Below are positions 1-12,479 of a stretch of DNA of 64,000 nucleotides, one piece after another. Positions within the stretch are counted from its first letter, which is position 1. Each line of letters starts with the position of its first letter. The DNA comes from Azolla caroliniana (lineage: Eukaryota; Plantae; Polypodiophyta), in assembly GCA_043228905.1 (NCBI GenBank), contig JBHGNT010000008.1, positions 124,001-188,000 on the forward strand, in the 5' to 3' direction. The notes under the pieces were generated by a model that saw only the letters and a list, made by a program, of their open reading frames with translations, was not told the origin of the DNA and ran no database searches. Position numbers and translations under genes: made by a program.

Positions 1-2790
1 CCTATGATATGGAATTCAAAAATCAAGCTTTTGAAACTCACGTCAAGAGACATGAAGAAATAACCAAATTTGAGGAGGGAGTTGAGGAGAGCCCGAGAGT
101 AAATTAAAATGTTCATACCTGGCCCATGTGATATCGGATTTGAGTGTTCAAACATGCGAATCGAAGCTAACAATGCTGCCTATGATATGGACTTAAAAAA
201 TAAATCTTTTGAAACTCATGTCGAAAGACATGAAGAAATTACCAAATTAGAGGAGGGAGTAGAGAAGAGGCCGAGAGTAAATTAAAATGTTCATACCTGG
301 CCCATTTGATATCGGATTTTAGTGTTCAAACTTGCGAATCGAAGCTAGCAAAGCTACCTATGATATGGAATTCAAAAATCAAGCTTTTGAAACTCACGTC
401 AAGAGACATGAAGAAATAACCAAATTTGAGGAGGGAGTTGAGAAGAGCCCGAGAGTAAATTAGAATGTTCATACCTGGCCCATGTGATATCAGATTTGAG
501 TGTTCAAACATGCGAATCGAAGCTAACAATGCTAGCTATGATATGGCAATAGAAAATCAACATTGGAAACTCAGGTCGAGAGATATGAAGAAATAACCAA
601 ATTTGAGGAGGGAGTTGAGAAGACCCCGAGAGTAAATTAAAATGTTCATACCTGGCCCATGTGATATCGGATTTTTGTGTTCAAACATGCGAATTGAAGC
701 TAACAATGCTACCTATGATATGGAATTAAAAAATGAAGCTTTTGAAACTCAGGTCGAGAGACATGAAGAAATTACCAAATTTGAGGAGGGAGTTGAGAAG
801 AGCCCGAGATCAAATTAAAATGTTCATACCTGTCCCATGTGATATCGGATTTTAGTGTTCAAACATTTGAATCGAAGGTTACAATGTTAGCAATCATATG
901 GAAGTAAAAAATAAGGATTTCGAAAGTCACGTTGAGAGACATGAAGAAATAACCAAATTTGAGGAGGGAAGTAGAGAAGAGGCCGAGAGTAAATTGGATT
1001 TTAGTGATATCGGATTTTAGTGTTCAAATATGCGAATCGAAGCTAACAATGCGAGCTATGATATGGAAATCAAAAATCAAGATTTTCAAACTCAGGTCAA
1101 GAGACATGAAGAAATAACCAAATTTGAGGAGGGATTGAGAAGAGCCCGAGAGTAAAATAAAATGTTCATACCTGGCCCATGTGATATCGGATTTGAGTGT
1201 TCAAACATGCGAATCGAAGCTAACAAGGCTAGCTATGATATGGCATTAGAAAATCAATCTTTGGAAACTCAGGTCGAGAGATATGAAGAAATTACCAAAT
1301 TAGAGGAGGGAGTTGAGAAGAGCCCGAGAGTAAATTAAAATGTTCATACCTGGCCCATGTGATATCGGATTTTAGTGTTCAAACTTCCGAATCGAAGCTA
1401 GCAAAGCTACCTATGATATGGAATTCAAAAATCAAGCTTTTGAAACTCACGTCAAGAGACATGAAGAAATAACCAAATTTGAGGAGGGAGTTGAGGAGAG
1501 CCCGAGAGTAAATTAAAATGTTCATACCTGGCCCATGTGATATCGGATTTGAGTGTTCAAACATGCGAATCGAAGCTAACAATGCTGCCTATGATATGGA
1601 CTTAAAAAATAAATCTTTTGAAACTCATGTCGAAAGACATGAAGAAATTACCAAATTAGAGGAGGGAGTAGAGAAGAGGCCGAGAGTAAATTAAAATGTT
1701 CATACCTGGCCCATTTGATATCGGATTTTAGTGTTCAAACTTGCGAATCGAAGCTAGCAAAGCTACCTATGATATGGAATTCAAAAATCAAGCTTTTGAA
1801 ACTCACGTCAAGAGACATGAAGAAATAACCAAATTTGAGGAGGGAGTTGAGAAGAGCCCGAGAGTAAATTAGAATGTTCATACCTGGCCCATGTGATATC
1901 AGATTTGAGTGTTCAAACATGCGAATCGAAGCTAACAATGCTAGCTATGATATGGCAATAGAAAATCAACATTGGAAACTCAGGTCGAGAGATATGAAGA
2001 AATTACCAAATTTGAGGAGGGAGTTGAGAAGACCCCGAGAGTAAATTAAAATGTTCATACCTGGCCCATGTGATATCGGATTTTTGTGTTCAAACATGCG
2101 AATTGAAGCTAACAATGCTACCTATGATATGGAATTAAAAAATGAAGCTTTTGAAACTCAGGTCGAGAGACATGAAGAAATTACCAAATTTGAGGAGGGA
2201 GTTGAGAAGAGCCCGAGATCAAATTAAAATGTTCATACCTGTCCCATGTGATATCGGATTTTAGTGTTCAAACATTTGAATCGAAGGTTACAATGTTAGC
2301 AATCATATGGAAGTAAAAAATAAGGATTTCGAAAGTCACGTTGAGAGACATGAAGAAATAACCAAATTTGAGGAGGGAAGTAGAGAAGAGGCCGAGAGTA
2401 AATTGGATTTTAGTGATATCGGATTTTAGTGTTCAAATATGCGAATCGAAGCTAACAATGCGAGCTATGATATGGAAATCAAAAATCAAGATTTTCAAAC
2501 TCAGGTCAAGAGACATGAAGAAATAACCAAATTTGAGGAGGGATTGAGAAGAGCCCGAGAGTAAAATAAAATGTTCATACCTGGCCCATGTGATATCGGA
2601 TTTGAGTGTTCAAACATGCGAATCGAAGCTAACAAGGCTAGCTATGATATGGCATTAGAAAATCAATCTTTGGAAACTCAGGTCGAGAGATATGAAGAAA
2701 TTACCAAATTAGAGGAGGGAGTTGAGAAGAGCCCGAGAGTAAATTAAAATGTTCATACCTGGCCCATGTGATATCGGATTTTAGTGTTCA
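1..2790 (+). repeat. Tandem higher-order duplication, 1409-bp unit (8 monomers including a deletion scar)
   Basis: Position 1 matches position 1410; the private scar AAATTGGATTTTAGTGATATC occurs at 991 and 2400; ORFs at 326 and 1735 are 1409 bp apart. Confidence 0.9.
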
Positions 2791-3429
2791 AACATGCTAA
2801 TTGAAGCTAACAATGCTACCTATGATATGGAATTAAAAAATGAAGCTTTTGAAACTCAGGTCGAGAGACATGAAGAAATTACCAAATTTGAGGAGGGAGT
2901 TGAGAAGAGCCCGAGATCAAATTAAAATGTTCATACCTGTCCCATGTGATATCGGATTTTAGTGTTCAAACATTTGAATCGAAGCTTACAATGTTAGCTA
3001 TCATATGGAAGTAAAAAATAAGGATTTTGAAAGTAACGTTGAGAGACATGAAGAAATAACCAAATTTGAGGAGGGAAGTAGAGAAGAGTCCGAGAGTAAA
3101 TTAAAATGTTCATACCTGGCCCATGTGATATCGGATTTTAGTGTTCAAATATGCGAATCGAAGCTAACAATGCTAGCTATGATATGGAATTAAAAAATCA
3201 AGATTTTGAAAGTCACGTTGAGAGACATGAAGAAATAACCAAATTTGAGGAGGGATTGAGAAGAGCCCGAGAGTAAATTAAAATGTTCATACCTGGCCCA
3301 TGTGATATCGGATTTTAGTGTTCAAACTTGCGAATCGAAGCTAGCAAAGCTACCTATGATATGGAATTCAAAAATCAAGCATTTGAAACTCACGTCAAGA
3401 GACATGAAGAGATAACCAAATTTGAGGAG

Positions 3430-6400
3430 GGAGTTGAGAAGAGCCCGAGAGTAAATTAAAATGTTCATACCTGGCCCATGTGATATCGGATTTTAGTGTT
3501 CAAACATGCGAATCGAAGCTAACAACGGTAGCTATGATATCGAATTAAAAAATCAAGATTTTAAACTCATGTCGAGAGACATGAAGAAATTACCAAATTA
3601 AAGGAGGGATTGAGAAGAGCGCATGAGTAAATTAAAATGTTCATACCTGGCCCATGTGATATAGGATTTTAGTGTTCAAACATGCGAATCGAAGCTAACA
3701 ATGGTACCTATGATATGGACTTAAAAAATAAATCTTTTGAAACTCATGTCGAAAGACATGAAGAAATTACCAAATTAGAGGAGGGAGTAGAGAAGAGGCC
3801 GAGAGTAAATTAAAATGTTCATACCTGGCCCATTTGATATCGGACTTTAGTGTTCAAACTTGCGAATCGAAGCTAGCAAAGCTACCTATGATATGGAATT
3901 CAAAAATGAAGCTTTTGAAACTCACGTCAAGAGACATGAAGAAATAACCAAATTTGAGGAGGGAGTTGAGAAGAGCCCGAGAGTAAATTAAAATGTTCAT
4001 ACCTGGCCCATGTGATATCGGATTTGAGTGTTCAAACATGCGAATCGAAGCTAACAATGCTGCCTATGATATGGACTTAAAAAATAAATCTTTTGAAACT
4101 CATGTCGAAAGACATGAAGAAATTACCAAATTAGAGGAGGGAGTAGAGAAGAGGCCGAGAGTAAATTAAAATGTTCATACCTGGCCCATTTGATATCGGA
4201 TTTTAGTGTTCAAACTTGCGAATCGAAGCTAGCAAAGCTACCTATGATATGGAATTCAAAAATGAAGCTTTTGAAACTCACGTCAAGAGACATGAAGAAA
4301 TAACCAAATTTGAGGAGGGAGTTGAGAAGAGCCCGAGAGTAAATTAAAATGTTCATACCTGGCCCATGTGATATCGGATTTGAGTGTTCAAACATGCGAA
4401 TCGAAGCTAACAATGCTAGCTATGATATGGCAATAGAAAATCAACATTGGAAACTCAGGTCGAGAGATATGAAGAAATTACCAAATTTGAGGAGGGAGTT
4501 GAGAAGAGCCCGAGAGTAAATTAAAATGTTCATACCTGGCCCATATGATATCGGATTTTTGTGTTTAAACATGCGAATTGAAGCTAACAATGCTACCTAT
4601 GATATGGAATTAAAAAATGAAGCTTTTGAAACTCAGGTCGAGAGACATGAAGAAATTACCAAATTTGAGGAGGGAGTTGAGAAGAGCCCGAGATCAAATT
4701 AAAATGTTCATACCTGTCCCATGTGATATCGGATTTTAGTGTTCAAACATTTGAATCGAAGGTTACAATGTTAGCAATCATATGGAAGTAAAAAATAAGG
4801 ATTTTGAAAGTCACGTTGAGAGACATGAAGAAATAACCAAATTTGAGGAGGGAAGTAGAGAAGAGGCCGAGAGTAAATTAAAATGTTCATACCTGGCCCA
4901 TGTGATATCGGATTTTAGTGTTCAAATATGCGAATCGAAGCTAACAATGCTAGCTATGATATGGAATCAAAAAATCAAGATTTTGAAAGTCACGTTGAGA
5001 GACATGAAGAAATAACCAAATTTGAGGAGGGATTGAGAAGAGCCCGAGAGTAAAATAAAATGTTCATACCTGGCCCATGTGATATCGGATTTTAGTGTTC
5101 AAACATATGAATCGAAGCTAACAAGGCTAGCTATGATATCGAATTAAAAAATCAAGGTTTTGAAACTCAGGTCGAGAGACATGAAGAAATTACCAAATTA
5201 AAGGAGGGATTGAGAAGAGCGCATGAGTAAATTAAAATGTTCATACCTGGCCCATGTGATATAGGATTTTAGTGTTCAAACATGCGAATCGAAGCTAACA
5301 ATGCTACCTATGATTTGGACTTAAAAAATAAATCTTTCGAAACTCATGTTGAAAGACATGAAGAAATTATCAAATTAGAGGAGGGAGTAGAGAAGAGGCC
5401 GAGAGTAAATTAAAATGTTCATACCTGGCCCATGTGATATCGGATTTTAGTGTTCAATCTTGGGAATCGAAGCTAGCAAAGCTACCTATGATATGGAATT
5501 CAAAAATCAAGCTTTTGAAACTCACGTCAAGAGACATGAAGAAATAACCAAATTTGAAGAGGGAGTTGAGAAGAGCCCGAGAGTAAATTAAAATGTTCAT
5601 ACCTGGCCCATGTGATATCGGATTTGAGTGTTCAAACATGCGAATCGAAGCTAACAAGGCTAGCTATGATATGGCATTAGAAAATCAATCTTTGGAAACT
5701 CAGGTCGAGAGATATGAAGAAATTACCAAATTAGAGGAGGGAGTTGAGAAGAGCCCGAGAGTAAATTAAAATGTTCATACCTGGCCCATGTGATATCGGA
5801 TTTTAGTGTTCAAACATGCGAATGGAAGCTAACAACGGTAGCTATGATATCGAATTAAAAAATCAAGATTTTGAAACTCATGGCAAGAGACATGAAGAAA
5901 TTACCAAATTAAAGGAGGGATTGAGAAGAGCGCATGAGTAAATTAAAATGTTCATACCTGGCCCATGTGATATAGGATTTTAGTGTTCAAACATGCGAAT
6001 CGAAGCTAACAATGCTACCTATGATATGGACTTAAAAAATCAATCTTTTGAAACTCATGTCGAAAGACATGAAGAAATTACCAATTTAGAGGAAGGAGTA
6101 GAGAAGAGGCCCAGAGTAAATTAAAATGTTCATAACTGGCCCATTGAATATCGGATTTTAGTGTTCAAACAGGCGAATCGAATCTAACAATGCTAGCTAT
6201 GATATGGAATCAAAAAATCAAGCTTTGGAAACTCACGTCAAGAGACATGAAGAAATAACCAAATTTGAGGAGGGAGTTGAGAAGAGCCCGAGAGTAAATT
6301 AAAATGTTCATACCTGGCCCATGTTATATCGGATTTGAGTGTTCAAACATGCGAATCGAAGCTAACAATGCTAGCTATGATATGGCATTAGAAAATCAAG

Positions 6401-8200
6401 CTTTGGAAACTCAGGTCGAGAGATATGAAGAAATTACCAAATTAGAGGAGGGAGTTGAGAAGAGCCCGAGAGTAAATTAAAATGTTCATACCTGGCCCAT
6501 GTGATATCGGATTTTAGTGTTCAAACATTTGAATCGAAGGTTACAATGCTAGCTATCATATGGAAGTAGAAAATAAGGATTTTGAAAGTCACGTTGAGAG
6601 ACATGAAGAAATAACCAAATTTGAGGAGGGAGTTGAGAAGAGCCCGAGAGTAAATTAAAATGTTCATACCTGGCCCATGTGATATCGGATTTTAGTGTTC
6701 AAACATGCGAATCGAAGCTAACAACGGTAGCTATGATATCGAATTAAAAAATCAAGATTTTGAAACTCATGTCGAGAGACATGAAGAAATTACCAAATTA
6801 AAGGAGGGATTGAGAAGAGCGCATGAGTAAATTAAAATGTTCATACCTGGCCCATGTGATATAGGATTTTAGTGTTCAAACATGCGAATCGAAGCTAACA
6901 ATGCTACCTATGATATGGACTTAAAAAATAAATCTTTTGAAACTCATGTCAAAAGACATGAAGAAATTACCAAATTAGAGGAGGGAGTAGAGAAGAGGCC
7001 GAGAGTAAATTAAAATGTTCATACCTGGCCCATTTGATATCGGATTTTAGTGTTCAAACTTGCGAATCGAAGCTAGCAAAGCTACCTATGATATGGAATT
7101 CAAAAATCAAGCTTTTGAAACTCACGTCAAGAGACATGAAGAAATAACCAAATTTGAGGAGGGAGTTGAGAAGAGCCCGAGAGTAAATTAAAATGTTCAT
7201 ACCTGGCCCATGTGATATCGGATTTGAGTGTTCAAACATGCGAATCGAAGCTAACAATGCTGCCTATGATATGGACTTAAAAAATAAATCTTTTGAAACT
7301 CATGTCGAAAGACATGAAGAAATTACCAAATTAGAGGAGGGAGTAGAGAAGAGGCCGAGAGTAAATTAAAATGTTCATACCTGGGCCATTTGATATCGGA
7401 TTTTAGTGTTCAAACTTGCGAATCGAAGCTAGCAAAGCTACCTATGATATGGAATTCAAAAATGAAGCTTTTGAAACTCACGTCAAGAGACATGAAGAAA
7501 TAACCAAATTTGAGGAGGGAGTTGAGAAGAGCCCGAGAGTAAATTAAAATGTTCATACCTGGCCCATGTGATATCGGATTTGAGTGTTCAAACATGCGAA
7601 TCGAAGCTAACAATGCTAGCTATGATATGGCAATAGAAAATCAACATTGGAAACTCAGGTCGAGAGATATGAAGAAATTACCAAATTTGAGGAGGGAGTT
7701 GAGAAGACCCCGAGAGTAAATTAAAATGTTCATACCTGGCCCATATGATATCGGATTTTTGTGTTCAAACATGCGAATTGAAGCTAACAATGCTACCTAT
7801 GATATGGAATTAAAAAATGAAGCTTTTGAAACTCAGGTCGAGAGACATGAAGAAATTACCAAATTTGAGGAGGGAGTTGAGAAGAGCCCGAGATCAAATT
7901 AAAATGTTCATACCTGTCCCATGTGATATCGGATTTTAGTGTTCAAACATTTGAATCGAAGCTTACAATGTTAGCTATCATATGGAAGTAAAAAATAAGG
8001 ATTTTGAAAGTCATGTTGAGAGACATGAAGAAATAACCAAATTTGAGGAGGGAAGTAGAGAAGAGGCCGAGAGTAAATTAAAATGTTCATACCTGGCCCA
8101 TGTGATATCGGATTTTAGTGTTCAAATATGCGAATCGAAGCTAACAATGCTAGCTATGATATGGAATTAAAAAATCAAGATTTTGAAAGTCACGTTGAGA
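3430..8200 (+). repeat. Dispersed higher-order duplication (~3430-4990 copied at ~6630-8190, offset 3200 bp)
   Basis: ORF pairs 3854/7054, 4210/7410 and 4782/7982 are each offset by 3200 bp, with the same order of monomer variants. Confidence 0.8.
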
Positions 8201-11200
8201 GACATGAAGAAATAACCAAATTTGAGGAGGGAGTTGAGAAGAGCCCGAGAGTAAATTAAAATGTTCATACCTGGCCCATGTGATATTGGATTTTAGTGTT
8301 CAAACATTTGAATCGAAGCTTACAATGTTAGCTATCATATGGAAGTAAAAAATAAGGATTTTGAAACTCACGTTGCGAGATATGAAGAAATAACCAAATT
8401 TGAGGAGGGAGTTGAGAAGAGCCCGAGAGTAAATTCAAATGTTCATACCTGGCCCATGTTATATCGGATTTTAGTGTTCAAATATGCGAATCGAAGCTAG
8501 TAAGGCTAGCTATGATATGGAATTAAAAAATCAATATTTCGAAACTCAGGTCGAGAGACATGAAGAAATTACCAAATTTGAGGAGGGAGTTGAGAAGAGC
8601 GCGTGAGTAAATTAAAATGTTCATACCTGGCCCATGTGATATAGGATTTTAGTGTTCAAACATGCGAATCGAAGCTAACAATGCTAGCTATAATATGGAA
8701 TTAAAAAATCAAGATTTTCAAACTCAGGTCGAGACACATGAAGAAATTCCAAAATTAGAGGAGGGGGTAGAGAAGAGCCCGAGAGTAAATTAAAATGTTC
8801 ATACCTGGCCCATGTGATATCGGATTTTAGTGTTCAAACATACAAATCGAAGCTAACAAGTCTAGCTATGATATGGAATTAAAAAATGAAGCTGTTGAAA
8901 CTCAGGTCGAGAGACATGAAGAAATTACCAAATTTGAGGAGGGAGTTGAGAAGAGCCCGAGAGTAAATTAAAATATTCATACCTGTCCCATGTGATATCG
9001 GATTTTAGTGTTTAAACATGCGAATCGAAGCTAGCAAAGCTACCTATGATATGGAATTAAAAAATCAAGCTTTTGAAACTCACGTCGAGAGACATGAAAA
9101 AATTCCAAAATTAGAGGAGGGAGTAGAGAAGAGCCCGAGAGTAAATTAAAATGTTCATACCTGGCCCATGTGATATCGGATTTTAGTGTTCAAACATACG
9201 AATCGAAGCTAACAAGTCTAGCTATGATATCGAATTAAAAAATCAAGGTTTTGAAACTCAGGTCGAGAGACATGAAGAAATTACCAAATTAGAGGAGGGA
9301 GTAGAGAAGAGGCCGAGAGTAAATTAAAATGTTCATACCTGGCCCATGTGATATCGGATTTTTGTGTTCAAACATGCGAATCGAAGCTAACAATGTTGCC
9401 TATGATATGGAATTAAAAAATGAAGCTTTTGAAACTCAGGTCGAGAGACATGAAGAAATTACCAAATTTGAGGAGGGAGTTGAGAAGAGCCCGAGAGTAA
9501 ATTAAAATGTTCATACCTGTCCCATGTGATATTGGATTTTAGTGTTCAAACATTTGAATCGAAGCTTACAATGTTAGCTATCATATGGAAGTAAAAAATA
9601 AGGATTTTGAAACTCACGTTGAGAGACATGAAGAAATAACCAAATTTGAGGAGGGAGTTGAGAAGAGCCCGAGAGTAAATTCAAATGTTCATACCTGGCC
9701 CATGTTATATCGGATTTTAGTGTTCAAATATGCGAATCGAAGCTAACAATGCTAGCTATGATATGGAATTAAAAAATCAATGTTTTGAAACTCAGGTCGA
9801 GAGACATGAAGAAATTACCAAATTAGAGGAGGGAGTAGAGAAGAGGCCGAGAGTAAATTAAAATGTTCATACCTGGCCCATGTGATATTGGATTTTAGTG
9901 TTTAAACATGCGAATCGAAGCTAGCAAAGGTACCTATGATATGGAATTAAAAAATCAAGCTTTCAAACTCACGTCGAGAGACATGAAGAAATAACCAAAT
10001 TTGAGGAGGGAGTTGAGAAGAGCCCGAGAGTAAATTAAAATGTTCATACCTGGCCCATGTGATATCGGATTTTATTGTTCAAGCATAAAATTCGAAGCTA
10101 ACAAGGCTAGCTATGATATAGAATTAAAAAATCTAGGTTTCGAAACTCAGGTCGAGAGACATGAAGAAATTCCCAAATTAGAGGAGGGAGTAGAGAAGAG
10201 CCCGAGAGTAAATTAAAATGTTTAGACTTGGCCAATGTGATATCGGATTTGAGTGTTTAAACATGCGAATGGAAGCTAACAAAGCTACCTATGATATGGA
10301 ATAAAAAATCAAGATTTTCAAACTCAGGTCGAGAGACATGAAGAAATTACCAAATTTGAGGAGGGAGTTGAGAAGAGCGCGTGAGTAAATTAAAATGTTC
10401 ATACCTGGCCCATGTGATATAGGATTTTAGTGTTCAAACATGCGAATCGAAGCTAACAATGCTAGCTATAATATGGAATTAAAAAATCAAGATTTTCAAA
10501 CTCAGGTCGAGAGACATGAAGAAATTCCAAAATTAGAGGAGGGAGTAGAGAAGAGCCCGAGAGTAAATTAAAATGTTCATACCTGGCCCATGTGATATCG
10601 GATTTTAGTGTTCAAACATACAAATCGAAGCTAACAAGTCTAGCTATGATATCGAATTAAAAAATCAAGGTTTTGAAACTCAGGTCGAGAGACATGAAGA
10701 AATTACCAAATTTGAGGAGGGAGTTGAGAAGAGCGCGTGAGTAAATTAAAATGTTTATACCTGGCCCATGTGATATAGGATTTTAGTGTTCAAACATGCG
10801 AATCGAAGCTAACAATGCTAGCTATAATATGAAATTAAAAAATCAAGATTTTCAAACTCAGGTCGAGAGACATGAAGAAATTCCAAAATTAGAGGAGGGA
10901 GTAGAGAAGAGCCCGAGAGTAAATTAAAATGTTCATACCTGGCCCATGTGATATCGGATTTTAGTGTTCAAACATACAAATTGAAGCTAACAAGTCTAGC
11001 TATGATATCGAATTAAAAAATCAAGGTTTTGAAACTCAGGTCGAGAGACATGAAAAAATTACCAAATTAGAGGAGGGAGTAGAGAAGAGGCCGAGAGTAA
11101 ATTAAAATGTTCATACCTGGCCCATGTGATATCGGATTTTAGTGTTCAAATATGCGAACCGAAGCTAACAATGCGAGCTATGTTATGCAGATCAAAAATC

Positions 11201-12479
11201 AAGATTTTGAAACTCAGGTCGAGAGACATGAAGAAATTCCCAAATTAGAGGAGGGAGTAGAGAAGAGCCCGAGAGTAAATTAAAATGTTTATACCTGGCG
11301 CATGTGATATCGGATTTTTGTGTTCAAACATGCGAATCGAAGCTAGCAAAGCTACCTATGATATGGAATTCAAAAATCAAGCTTTTGAAACTCACGTCAA
11401 AAGACATGAAGAAATTACCAAATTTGAGGAGGGAGTTGAGAAGAGCCCGAGAGTAAATTAAAATGTTCATACCTGTCCCATGTGATATTGGATTTTAGTG
11501 TTCAAACATTTGAATCGAAGCTTACAATGTTAGCTATCATATGGAAGTAAAAAATAAGGATTTTGAAACTCACGTTGAGAGACATGAAGAAATAACCAAA
11601 TTTGAGGAGGGAGTTGAGAAGAGCCCGAGAGTAAATTCAAATGTTCATACCTGGCCCATGTTATATCGGATTTTAGTGTTCAAATATGCGAATCGAAGCT
11701 AACAATGCTAGCTATGATATGGAATTAAAAAATCAATGTTTTGAAACTCACGTCGAGAGACATGAAGAAATTACCAAATTAGAGGAGGGAGTAGAGAAGA
11801 GGCCGAGAGTAAATTAAACTGTTCATACCTGGCCCATGTGATATCGGATTTTAGTGTTCAAATATGCGAACCGAAGCTAACAATGCGAGCTATGTTATGC
11901 AGATCAAAAATCAAGATTTTGAAACTCAGGTCGAGAGACATGAAGAAATTCCAAAATTAGAGGAGGGAGTAGAGAAGAGCCCGAGAGTAAATTAAAATGT
12001 TTATACCTGGCCCATGTGATATCGGATTTTTGTGTTCAAACATGCGAATTGAAGCTAACAATGCTACCTATGATATGGAATTCAAAAATCAAGCTTTTGA
12101 AACTCAGGTCGAGAGACATGAAGAAATTACCAAATTTGAGGAGGGAGTTGAGAAGAGCCCGAGAGTAAATTAAAATGTTCATACCTGTCCCATGTGATAT
12201 TGGATTTTAGTGTTCAAACATTTGAATCGAAGCTTACAATGTTAGCTATCATATGGAATTAAAAAATAAGGATTTTGAAACTCACGTTGAGAGACATGAA
12301 GAAATAACCAAATTTGAGGAGGGAGTTGAGAAGAGCCCGAGAGTAAATTCAAATGTTCATACCTGGCCCATGTTATATCGGATTTTAGTGTTCAAATATG
12401 CGGATCGAAGCTAACAATGCTAGCTATGATATGGAATTAAAAAATCAAGATTTTGAAACTCAGGTCGAGAGACATGAAG

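Noticed and set aside
71-100. GGAGG Shine-Dalgarno-like motif or G-quadruplex in each monomer
   Set aside because: It is simply part of the repeat, with no downstream CDS and only one GGG run per monomer.
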